64,000 nt of DNA from contig NC_058368.1 of NCBI RefSeq assembly GCF_018350175.1, positions 86,678,001-86,742,000 on the forward strand, given 5' to 3'. Origin of the DNA: Felis catus. Its lineage: Eukaryota. The position numbers were made by a program, and so were the translations under genes. The notes beneath the pieces are model-generated. The model did not search any database. It was not told the DNA's origin and saw only the letters and a list, made by a program, of their open reading frames with translations. Shown here piece after piece: positions 25,891 through 36,845 of this stretch (the first letter of the stretch is position 1; every line of letters starts with the position of its first letter).

Positions 25891-27363
25891 ATTAAGTAAA
25901 ACTCAATGCTTGTAAAAAGGAGATAATAGATATTACAGCACTAACATGTGAAATAAAGACTAACAAAACAAGAGAAAACATTAAGCAAAACCAAAAGCCA
26001 ATTGTTTGAAAAGCTAAGCAAATTAATAAATCTTCAGCCAAATAGATCAAGAAAAGAATAGCAATAACATCAATGAATAAATTTAGAAATGAAGGAGAAC
26101 TAACAACCAACACCAAACAAATAAAATAATTATGAGGATATTATAAAATTTAGATGCAAAAAAATTGTACAACTTTAAATAAATGAATCAATTCTGAGAA
26201 ACAATCTCCCAAACATGAATTGGAAGAAAGAGAAAATTTTAAAGATTCATTACCAGTATTAAAGTCAAATCAGTTATCAACAAACTCCCAACAAACAAAA
26301 TCCAGGACAAGATGCCTTCATAAGAGAACTTTATAAAATATTCCCTTCATAAGAGAACTCTAATAGTTTTCTCAAACTATTCCAAAACTATAAAAGAGAA
26401 AAATTTCAAATTAATTCTATGAGACCAGCGTCTTGACACTTAAAGCAGATGGGATGGGGTAGGGGTGGGGGTTAGGATGGTGGAGTAGTCGGGGGACCAG
26501 GGCTTGTCTCATGCCTTGAAAACGGGTACATCAATATCAAATTATTCACAACATCTAAGAAATTTATCTAAGGATTAAGGGAACAATCTGCTTAATTTGA
26601 AGGAGAAAACATGACAGGAACCCAGTGCAGAGTGGGAAATGGGAAGGAAAGAAAATCCACAGTGCTGCACAAGGGTGGGAGCCCTTTTCATGGAGAAATA
26701 AAGAGAAAGATGTGATAGAGCAGCATGTTGGGTTTGCACAAGAAAAACAGGGCCCCAACACCATTGACAGGGGAATCATGAGGGACTGTTGCAAGTTTTT
26801 ACATCTGTGGAGCAGAAATTCTGAGTTTTTGGAAGTTTGCACCATTCATTGGAGTAGATTTGTGGGGAAAGGTGAGGAGGCCTAGGAGTGGACAAAGGAC
26901 AGCATGGTGTGGGAATCCCCTGGGTCACAATGGAGAGAAAGTTCTCCTTGCTAGAGTGCATTTGGAAGAGAGTGTGGTGCATTTCCAAAGATAAAAGACT
27001 CATCTGGTGTGTTTGAGAGACCATTCAACAGCAGAGGACAGAGGAAAACACCGAGGGCAGATAAAGTGTTCACAAAATTTTGTTGTGCATCACCATAAGC
27101 TCCAGGTACATGCACAGCTGTGTGATCACATTTCTGGGATTGAACAGCACAAGGCACAACACTCGAAGTCTCTCCTCTGGATGAGGGGAGCAGGTCTATG
27201 CCTTGCAACGTCTTTTAAGGGAGTTTTGACCAGGGCCAAAGCAACTTCTTATAGATATCTCACTGGAGACAAGGGAAACAAAAGCAAAGATGAACTATTG
27301 GGGTGACCTGGAATTGGGAGATGAGTCCCCAAAACATTTGGCTTTGAAAAAAAAGTGCGGGTA

Positions 27364-27584
27364 GGGCGCCTGGGTGGGTCAGTCAGTTGAGAGTCTGTCT
27401 TCTGCTCAGGTCATGATCTCAGGGTTCCTGAGTTCGAGCTCCACATCAGGCCCTGTGCTGACAGCTCAGGGCCTGGAGCCTGCTTCGGATTCTGTGTCTC
27501 CCTCTCTCTGCACCTCCCCTGCTCACACTCTGTCTCTCTCTCAAAAATAAAGATTTTTTAAAAATTAAAGAAAAAAAGAAAAAG
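27364..27584 (+). mobile_element. CAN-SINE
   Basis: gggcgcctgggtgggtcagtcagttg head, CT tract and A tail. Confidence 0.94.
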
Positions 27585-27732
27585 AATGGAGCTTAACTTT
27601 GTTTTTAAAATCTGCAGGGCTTAACTTCCAGGTTCTTTAAGAATCTGCAAGCTTACTTCTGGGTGAGCCAGAGGGCAATAGGAAACTGAGTCCTCAACCT
27701 TAAAGAACCAGCATAAAATACAACCCCACCCA

Positions 27733-27963
27733 GGGTGCCTGGGTGGCTCAGTAGGTTACGTGTCTGACTTCAGCTCAGGTCATGATCTCATGGTTTGTGG
27801 GTTTGAGTCCCCGCATCAGGCTCTCTTCTGTCAGCACGGAGCCTGGCGTCTGCTTCTGTTTCTGTGTGTGTGTGTGTGCGTGTGTGTGTGTCTGCCCCTC
27901 CCTGCTCATACCCTGTCTCTGTCTCTTTCTCAAGAATAAATAAGTATTAAAAAGTAAATAAAT
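27733..27963 (+). mobile_element. CAN-SINE with internal (TG)n
   Basis: gggtgcctgggtggctcag head, TG expansion at ~27863-27890 and A tail. Confidence 0.94.
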
Positions 27964-28274
27964 CAATAAACATCAATAGACACATAGGTCAGTGAAAAGA
28001 ATAGAAAGTCCTGAAACAAACACATGCTTATATGGTCAGTTGTCCTATGTTGAAAAAGGCAAGAGTATACAATGGGGAAACACAGACTTTTCAAGAAATA
28101 GTGTTGGGCAAATGGTACAGCTACATGCAAAATGATTAAGTGGATTACAGTCTTACCCCCCACACAAAATTAAACTCAAAATGTATTACACACCTAAATA
28201 TGAGACCTGAAATTGTCAAATTCTTAGAAGAAAACATTAGGTAGTAATTTCTTTGATGTCAACTAGAGAAACTT

Positions 28275-28508
28275 GTTTTTAAAAAAAATTTTAATGTTTA
28301 TTTCTTTTTGAGAGAGAGAGAGAGACAGAATGTGAGTTGGCTGGGGGCGGGTGGTGGGCAGAGAGAGAGGGAGACACAGAATCCAAAGCAGACTACAGGC
28401 CCTGAGCTGTCAGCACAGAGCCCAATGCAGGGCTTGAACACACAAACCACAAGATCATGACCTGAGCCGATGTCTGACACTTAACCGAATGAGCCACCCA
28501 TGTGCCCC
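28275..28508 (-). mobile_element. CAN-SINE
   Basis: Antisense copy with agaaactt on both flanks. Confidence 0.93.
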
Positions 28509-29891
28509 TAGAAACTTTTGTTTTAAATATGTCTCCTCAGGCAATGGAAATGAAAGCAATATTAAATATTGGGATTACACCAACATAAAGAAAATAAAAA
28601 TTAAAAAAAGCCTTTGCACAGCAAAGGAAACCATCAAAATAACTAACAGTCAACTTACTGAATGGGAGAAAATGTTTGCAAATGATATATTACATAAGTG
28701 TTAATATCCAAAATATACAAAGATGTTATACAACTCAACAATCGGGTTTAAAAATGGGCACAGGAATTAAGTAAACATTTTTCAACAAAAATACATATGT
28801 GCAATAGACACATGAAAAGATCTCAACATCACTCATCATCAGTGAAATGCAAATCAAAACCACAATGAGATAAAATCTCACACCTGTCAGAATGGACAGA
28901 AGCAATAAAACAAGAAATAACAAGTCTTATTACTGTGGAGAAAAAGGAACCTTCTTTAATGAAAATATTTCCTTGGTGAAAATGCTAATTGGTTAGCCAC
29001 TGTAGAAAACAATATGGAAGTTCATCAAAATATTAAAATGTGAGTTTCCATATGATCCAGTAACTCCATTAGTGGATATTTACCAAAAGAAAACAAAATG
29101 CAAATTTAAAAATATATATGAAGCCCTGTGTTTTTTACAACATTATTTAAAATGGACAAGATATGGAAGTGTTCATGGATGGATAAATGGATAAAGAAAT
29201 GTGGTATATATATTCAGTGGAATATTACTGAGCCATAAATAATAATAAAATCTTGCCATTTACAGCACTGAGGGACCTAGGGAGTATAACGCTGAATGAA
29301 ATAAATCAGAAAAAGACAAGTCCCATATGATTCCATTCATATGTGGGATTTAAGCAACAAAACAAAGAAAAAACACCAAGGACCCTTAAATACAGAGAAC
29401 AAACTGGTAGTGTCAGAGGGCAGGTGGGTGGGTTGATGGAAAAAAAAAAAAGATTAACAGTATATTGATCATGACCAGCACAGAGAAATGTATATAATTG
29501 TATATAATTTTTGAATCATTACATTATACACAAGAATTTAAAATAACACTATGTTAATTATGCTTGAAGAAAAAATTTAAAAAATATATAAAACATAAAT
29601 TTATATATTAAAATTAATTAGATTTACTTATATGACCAATAACCTAGAAATGATCCATATTTTAAAGGGTCATCTAAGAGTAATGGAATTCTCATGTGTC
29701 ATTGGTGGAATGTCTCAATCTTGGCATCTACTCAAATGGACAATACTATTTTCCACACATACTCAGTAAATACCTTTCAGTTGAGTTATTTGCTGTAAAT
29801 ATTTGTCAGATGAATATTCTTTGTTTTGATTTGCTTGTTGTATAGTTCTATTATTGGAAAGGAGACTTTTCAATCCTGAGTCTGTACTTTC

Positions 29892-30110
29892 TTTTTTTTA
29901 ATTTTTTTTATGTTTATTTATTTTTGACAGAGAGAGACAGAGCATGAGCGGGGGAGAGGCAGAGAGAGAGGGAGACACAGAATCTGAAGCAGGCTCCAGG
30001 CCCTGAGTTGTCAGCAGCACAGAGCCTGACGTGGAGCTGGAACTCACAGATCGAGATCGTGACCTGAGCCGAAGTCAAACGCTCAATGACTGAGCCACCC
30101 AGGAGCCCCC
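29892..30110 (-). mobile_element. CAN-SINE
   Basis: Perfect TSD tgagtctgtactttc at 29877-29891 and 30111-30125. Confidence 0.96.
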
Positions 30111-30816
30111 TGAGTCTGTACTTTCCATGCTAAAGAATACTATCTTCTGGCCATGCCTACAGCAGCTGAAATACTGAGGAATACAAATTTACAATCATAT
30201 TTGGGAGAGTGAATACCATGGGCAGTGACAACTAATAAAGCCCTTCAGGAGACTTTTCCTTCAGTTACTATGAAGGCATTTCTAATGCTTCCTATAGTTG
30301 CTTTGTACTTCCTTCGGCCCCAAGGGGAGAGTACTCTGACCTGCACTAAAGAAAACTCTTAAGGGAATCTATGTATTTGTCCCCAGGTAGAAGACAGTTT
30401 TCCAAGGATCAAGGCTGATGAAATCCTAAGTCTTCTTTACAAGAGGGATCTCAGACCATGTTCTCCCTGCCACCTGGCCACAGGGGTTAAAAAGAGAGGA
30501 GGAAAAAAAAAAGAATTTGGTGTTTATCTGCAGCATAGATGGTATGCCACAGCCAAAGACAAAGCAGTGAGGAGATTCATTAGCTAATTTCCCTTATGAT
30601 TTAATTAAATGTAATATAGTATAATACATAGCTTTGCTGGAAAAGGAAATTTTCAAGAAAATTTAAAATTTAATTTAATGCATTTCATTTCTGAAAAATA
30701 ACCAGAGCATTGGCTGTGAGTATATCTGAGCAGATATAACCCAGGTTATTTTTTTACTTTTCTAGAGAGGTATGGAGCTATTATATAGGAAGACTTGCAT
30801 AATTTTGGATTCGCTC

Positions 30817-31005
30817 TTTTTTTTTTTGTTTGTTTACTTATTTTGTGGAGGGAGGAAAGAGCAGAGATAGAGGGAGACAATCCCAAGCAGGTTCCATTCT
30901 GTCGGCATGGAGCCCAATGTGGGCTCGATCCCATGAACTATGAGATCATGACCTGAGCTGGTATCAAGAATCAGGTGCCTAACCAACTGAGCCACCTAGG
31001 CACCT
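30817..31005 (-). mobile_element. CAN-SINE
   Basis: Antisense SINE ending gagccacctaggcacct. Confidence 0.92.
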
Positions 31006-31017
31006 CTGGATTATTTC

Positions 31018-31089
31018 TTTCTTTTTTTCTTTTTTAAATTTACATCCAAGTTAGTTAGCATATAGTGCAGTGATAGTTTCAGGAGTAGA
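31018..31089 (-). mobile_element. ~70-bp extreme 3' end of an L1
   Basis: Reverse complement of tctactcctgaaa...aactaacttggatgtaaatt+A tail; the same end type is at 5181-5240. Confidence 0.85.
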
Positions 31090-31324
31090 TTATTTATTTA
31101 GTCTAAGGCAATATACCTCCTCAGGCAATCATTTGGCCTGTAGCATGAAAAACTATAGTTTATCAATTTATCAATTAAAACCACCAAATAAATAGCAAAT
31201 ATACATAAGATCCTATTAATATTTAAATAGTATTTTCCTTTTATAGAAGTGTTAAGTGATTAAAATTAGTTGCTTTATCATCCAACTTCCTCTTAAGATT
31301 ATATACAACTGGAGAATGCAGAAG

Positions 31325-31326
<2 letters not shown>

Positions 31327-31364
<38 letters not shown>
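31327..31364. repeat. Poly(T) run
   Basis: About 38 consecutive T with no attached retroelement body. Confidence 0.95.
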
Positions 31365-31367
<3 letters not shown>

Positions 31368-32076
31368 AAAGGCAGAATTAGATAAGTGCCATAGCTTTAA
31401 AAAGTGAAAAGGGATTTTCTGTTCGGAATAATGTTCATCTGATTCTAAAACTTTCTTGTGAAAGTTTTACATATGTTATTAGCAAATAGTTATCTTTTGC
31501 TTACTATTAATGCTAGAAGAAAAAGAATCAATGTCTTTTTCATAACGGAAATGAGAAATACCTTTGACTCTTGGTTGTACACACATAATATAAACATTAT
31601 TTTTTTTTCTTATGGAACCACAGAAACAAATTCAACAAAATATAATTTTTAAATTAGTCCATTTTTCCTCCAAAATTTTTTAAATAATAAGTTCTACATT
31701 GATTGCTAGTATTATAAAAATCATAATATTTAAAATATCATAATAATATATCATATGATATATTATAAAATATTATATTTTATTATATAAAATATTATAA
31801 AATATCATAATATTTTTCAAAACCTTTTAGAATAGTGGTACAGCTTCCAAAAAGTGCAACTTTATTTTGTTGGAATAAATGTTAAGATTTTAAGATATTA
31901 ATATATTCAGGTTGACTTAATGGGACAAATAAAGTATTTCCTGACCATGCTAACATAATTTGACTTTTCAACAAGGACTAACTAATAGTTTTTATAATAT
32001 ATATCTTGAAAAAATTCTACTGTATCAACATTGTGCTACAGGGACCATTAATGCTGTGTCATAAAATCTATAAACA

Positions 32077-32296
32077 GGGACACATGGGTGGCTCAGTCGG
32101 TTGAGTATCCAACTTTGGCTCAGGTCATGATCTCACAGTCCGTGAGTTCAAGGCCCACCTAGGGCTCTGTGCTGACAGCTCAGAGCCTGAAGCCTGTATC
32201 GAATTCTGTCTCCCTCTCCCTCTGCCCCTCCTCCACTCACACTCTGTCTCTCTCTGTCTCTCAAAATTGAATAAACTTAAAAATTGTTTAAATTAA
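32077..32296 (+). mobile_element. CAN-SINE
   Basis: Full copy with TSD aaatctat(a/c)aaca. Confidence 0.94.
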
Positions 32297-33309
32297 ATCT
32301 ATCAACATATTTCAATAGAATTTTATCATCCAAAACTTCCATAACTTTTAACCTAAATCGATACATATGAATACAATTGCCTTCACATTGCATTCAGCTT
32401 ATTTTTCATTGTGATGTAGGGGATACCAAGTTTATATCTTTACAAATGGGACTTAAAGAAACTGTTATACATTGATGGAAAGAGAGAGGGAGAGAGAGAC
32501 AGAGAGAGATTCACACGTAAAAGAAAGTTTTTATTATGAGTACTAATAATTTAGTCTATTTTCTATTTATCATGCAGATATTTTGGCCTTAGCGCACATG
32601 TATACTGAAATACACTCATTGAAATACTTTGTTTCTCTAAAAACAAGATTTCTCTGGTTTTTTCTTAATTTTGACAAGACACCTAACATAACTATAGTAT
32701 TGCACATTTAAAAATTTGGTAATTGGCTATATCTCACACGAAGTCTGTCTTCTTAATAGCCAAACTATGGAAACAAATATCATGCAAATTGAAGGATAAA
32801 TTTATTTCTGACATTGAAATTATTTGCTTGACTGTTCCTAACCACTATAGAAACATTGGTGAGTGCAAGGATTCAAAAAATAAACAAATTAGGAAAGTTA
32901 ACATAATATTAATGAACAAAATATCTCCATATTGATGTTGAATTTTACTCATTTTGTTTGTTTGTTTGTTTGTTTGTTTGTTTTTCTGGAGAAGTCATAT
33001 ACTAATCTTTTGCACAAACCTAGTTGATATAATAAGGGTCACAGAGTTAAAATTGTAGCCAATCCTTTATATTCAGAAGGCAACTGGTATGGACCAGGAC
33101 CTCCATACTAAAGGACTCTTTTCCCCACCTACTGGCCTCTGATTGTGGCTGTTATGTTCACCAGCCTTTACTGGTGGATCAGCTAGGAAGGATATTAGTT
33201 CCTCAGCATTGAAACAAAACCATGTTCTTCCAATGGCCACATTTTATATATCGTCCTGGACTGTAGTTTTTTAAAACAACCTACCTAGCTACAAAAATCC
33301 ACCTTCCCA

Positions 33310-33445
33310 CTTAACGTGTTGCAACTGTGAATAAGCAATTTACTCAGTTTCTTCATTTGTGAAGTGGATTGTTAGAGTATTTACTTTAGAGATTTATTTT
33401 GTAAATTAAGTGAGCTAATCCATGGAAAATGTTTATAAAGATGCC
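33310..33445 (+). mobile_element. MIR-like relic
   Basis: ctcagtttcttcatttgtgaagtgg...attaagtgagctaatccatggaaaatgttta resembles the MIR core. Confidence 0.65.
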
Positions 33446-33584
33446 AACTATGTTATTGCTCACCCTTAACTTTCTTTATTATTAGGAGTCCATGATCATC
33501 AGGAAATAATACACAAATAACCATTATTGCTCATCCTCCATATTCTGGGCTTTGTTGTTTATTACAGACCAGAGACAATGAGAT

Positions 33585-34526
33585 ATGGATGGAACAAACC
33601 AAACAGCAGTGACAGAGTTCATTTTTCTTGGGTTTTCTAGTGTTCTCTATCTGCGGCTAACTTTGTTTGTGATATTTCTCACTGTGTATCTGCTCTCCCT
33701 CATGGGAAACACTCTTATTATTTTCATTGTTCTCACGGATGTCACACTCCAAACACCCATGTACATTTTTTTAGGAAATTTGTCATTCCTGGAGATCTGG
33801 TACACCACAGCCACGGTGCCTAAGTTGCTGGCCACCTGCCTCGCACGGGTTGTTACCATCTCTGTTTTTGGTTGTATAACCCAGTACTACTTCTTTTTCT
33901 CCATGGGAGCTACAGAGTGCATCCTGCTCGCAGTGATGGCCTATGACCGGTACCTGGCCATCTGCAGCCCTTTAAGGTATTCACTTCTCATGAGTCTTCG
34001 GGTGTGCCTGCGGTTTTCAGCTGGATCATGGATTGGGGGCTTCATTGCCCCTCTGCTACCTACTATACTCATCTCCCATCTAAGCTTCTGTGGCCCCCAG
34101 AAGATCAACCATTTCTTTTGTGACTCAGACCCCATTTTTAAACTGTCTTGCTCTGATACATTTTTGGTGGAGGCCTTGGGGTATACATGTAGCTCTGTTG
34201 TGATTCTAAGTTCTTTTCTTCTCACTATGTCCTCATATGGGCACATTGTGGTCACAATAATCAGGCTGTCTTCTCGGGAGGCTCGGAAGAAAACTTTCTC
34301 CACATGTGCCTCCCACCTCACTGTAGTATCTATCTATTATGGCACCATTATCTTTGCTTATGTTCGCCCTCCAGCCAAGTACAACTTCACTATTGGTAAA
34401 GTGATCTCAGTGTTCTACTGTGTGGTCACTCCATTGGTAAATCCTCTCATATACACCCTGAGAAACAAAGATGTGAAGAAAGCTTTCAGAAAACTTCTAT
34501 CACAAAAGAGACTGCTCTTGGCCTGA
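33585..34526 (+). CDS. Intact class II olfactory receptor, family-6-like (313 aa, 7TM GPCR)
   Basis: Uninterrupted ORF with an N-terminal sequon (NQT) and OR motifs GN, LQTPMYIFLGNLS, LEIWYTT, MAYDRYLAIC, FFCD, KTFSTCASHL and PLVNPLIYTLRNKDVK. LEIWYTT/TVPK points to family 6. A polypyrimidine+AG acceptor ends at 33567. Confidence 0.97.
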   Translation: MDGTNQTAVTEFIFLGFSSVLYLRLTLFVIFLTVYLLSLMGNTLIIFIVLTDVTLQTPMYIFLGNLSFLEIWYTTATVPKLLATCLARVVTISVFGCITQYYFFFSMGATECILLAVMAYDRYLAICSPLRYSLLMSLRVCLRFSAGSWIGGFIAPLLPTILISHLSFCGPQKINHFFCDSDPIFKLSCSDTFLVEALGYTCSSVVILSSFLLTMSSYGHIVVTIIRLSSREARKKTFSTCASHLTVVSIYYGTIIFAYVRPPAKYNFTIGKVISVFYCVVTPLVNPLIYTLRNKDVKKAFRKLLSQKRLLLA

Positions 34527-35985
34527 TATATGAACGATTTGAGAGATACTCTAAAATAATCAATTTAGAATGGGTTCCCAAACCACATTTACAAATGGTA
34601 AGTACTGAAAAGTAAATTGCAAAATTGACATCACCTAATATGAACATGTCTCTGTTCTTTACATTTTGTTTTGAATTCTACTGCAGTAGATGGTCTGTAA
34701 TTGCTATGTTTAAGAATGTTGGCATTGAGCCATTGTGATAAAGAGATAAATCACACAAGCTCCCTGCCCACACGTCATTAACAATAGGAAAGTAGTCTTA
34801 GTCCCATATTTCAGTTGAGTATTTTTATAATTTATGCTTTATCAATAACTATGGGACAAAGACTGTTTCTGCTGAATCGAGCAGTGTTACTCTGTCTGGT
34901 AGTTGTGCTGTTATAAACATATCACTTTGTATGTGAATATAACTTAGCAAATAAACATATAATATACACATATGATAAGCCAGCACTATTTTTAAAGTTG
35001 ATTTTTAAATTATGCATATAAACATAAATAGAAAATTTCACTAAAAATAGGAAAATATTATATAATTCAGATTTTTCTAGATAATTGAATTTCAAAATTT
35101 TAGCAGATGTTAACAAGGATAAGAAGTGGAGTGAAAAAGAAAGAAAAAACTTAGAACTGGACAGTACCATAATAGGATATCTAACATAGTAAAACACGTA
35201 TCAATTATCTTGCCTTTTTATAAAATATTCAAGCAGACAATCAGATAAGAATAAATTAAACCAATTAAGAAGGAGAGAAGAAAAAGTAGAAAATAAGGGC
35301 ACAAACCAGGTTTTCCTTTCTTATGTTTGCCTTCTTATGTTATGAAGAAACTTTATATTTTAAATACAGTTTAGTGACAAAAGGGATGACAAAGGTGGTA
35401 GAGGAAATACGTTTTTCTAAACTTTTTAAGATAAGTGTTTTCCACCCAATCACTTCCTCAACTCTTTCCATTCCAAGTGATATCAGTGCAGTAAAAGCAT
35501 ATGAATAGTCAGGGAGCTTGTTAGAAATGAATATCAAACCCCAGACCTCTTGAATGAAAGGACACAGTTCAATAGGATCCCTAGTTGACTGAAAGGGAGA
35601 TTAAATCACTAGACACACTACTTTAGGAAACCAAGACTTTAAATAATGTATTTTTAATGGCATGAGTATATAAAAAACCAAGAGTTTCTTACACATGCCA
35701 ATGCTTAAAATTTTTGTTAACTTTGGTGTGTCATTTTCTAGTATTATGAACAGTGTAATATTTTTTTCCTGAATTCCTAATTAGGTTTTATTTTTAAAAC
35801 AGAACACATCCATGGGAAAATGTTGTCAAAATTCCCTATACATATACATAAAAAACTTGTGCCATACATCAACATTTTTTCTAACCCTTCCTTTTTCCAT
35901 CAAAATATCAAAAGCTATGTAAAACTCTCCCAATAACAGGGAAACATTCTGTATCAACACACTGTTGTTTTGAATGCCATCTTAC

Positions 35986-36512
35986 TGCAGGAGAGGAAAA
36001 CTTCTATGTTCCTAGGTTCTGTGGCAAAAACTAAGTATTAAATTGCCATGAAACAGATTAACATAAGAAAAGCATACACGTTTTATTTTAATTTCCATGT
36101 GCACATGGGGGTCTGTAAAAGGTGAATGAACCTGAAGAAGCATTTGGCCCAAGAGCTTATATACATTTTTAAACAAAGAATGATAAATATGTGACAAATA
36201 GGCTTGAGCAGTAATTATGGGAAAGTGCCTAGGAAATATATGGGAGAAACTAAAGCAATTCAAGTATTATTTTAATAGGTTTGTTTTATAGGTACATTTT
36301 GGGATCAACTCTCAGTCCACAGTGATGAGAATGTTCTCTTCCTGGGAAAGGGTACGCACCTTTCATTAGGGAATGTTATGACCTGCTTTTAGATAAAAAG
36401 AGGGAAATCAGGGAGCCCTCCCTGCATATTCTGTTTCCCAAATGCCTTCAGTTCAAAATAGCCAATATGTTAAAGTGGTGTATTTTGGGTGACATGTTCT
36501 TAACCACCCACA
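35986..36512 (-). mobile_element. Solo ERV1 LTR, MER34-like
   Basis: TG...CA termini. The minus strand starts tgtgggtggttaagaacatgtcacccaaaatacaccacttt...tattttgaactgaaggca (MER34-type) and has AATAAA near its 3' end. No clear TSD. Confidence 0.8.
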
Positions 36513-36642
36513 ACTGAAAATAGAATTCTTTATACTTGTTAATATTGTAATATTTCCAAATCTAATTTTTTGGCCAGAATATATCTATATCTTCCCTTTA
36601 TTTATTATGCTAGTCATCCCAAAGCTCTAACTGGATTTTTCA

Positions 36643-36845
36643 TTTTTTTTAAGATTTATTCATATTTGAGAGACAGAGGGTGAGTGAGGGAGGGAGCAGA
36701 GAGAGACAGGGAGACATAGAATCCGAAGCAGGCTCCAGGCTCTGAGCTGTCAACACAGAGCCCCACGTGGGGCTCAAACTCACAAACTGTGAGATCATGA
36801 CCTGAGCTGAAGCCAGATGCTTAACCCCCTGAGCTACCAGGCACT
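36643..36845 (-). mobile_element. CAN-SINE
   Basis: Antisense full copy with ctggattt on both flanks. Confidence 0.93.

Larger units (their letters stand above)
25891..29585 (+). mobile_element. Patchwork of L1 pieces: ORF2 (25891-26445), 5' UTR (~26450-27230 and ~27305-27730), ORF2 3' end plus 3' UTR (~27965-29585)
   Basis: Recognisable L1 motifs in each block, interrupted by three SINEs. Confidence 0.8.

Noticed and set aside
33647..34321. Antisense ORFs (70 and 126 aa) over the OR
   Set aside because: Shadow frames of a coding sequence with no independent features.
35490..35625. MER5-like DNA transposon relic
   Set aside because: Resemblance is too weak to support by eye.
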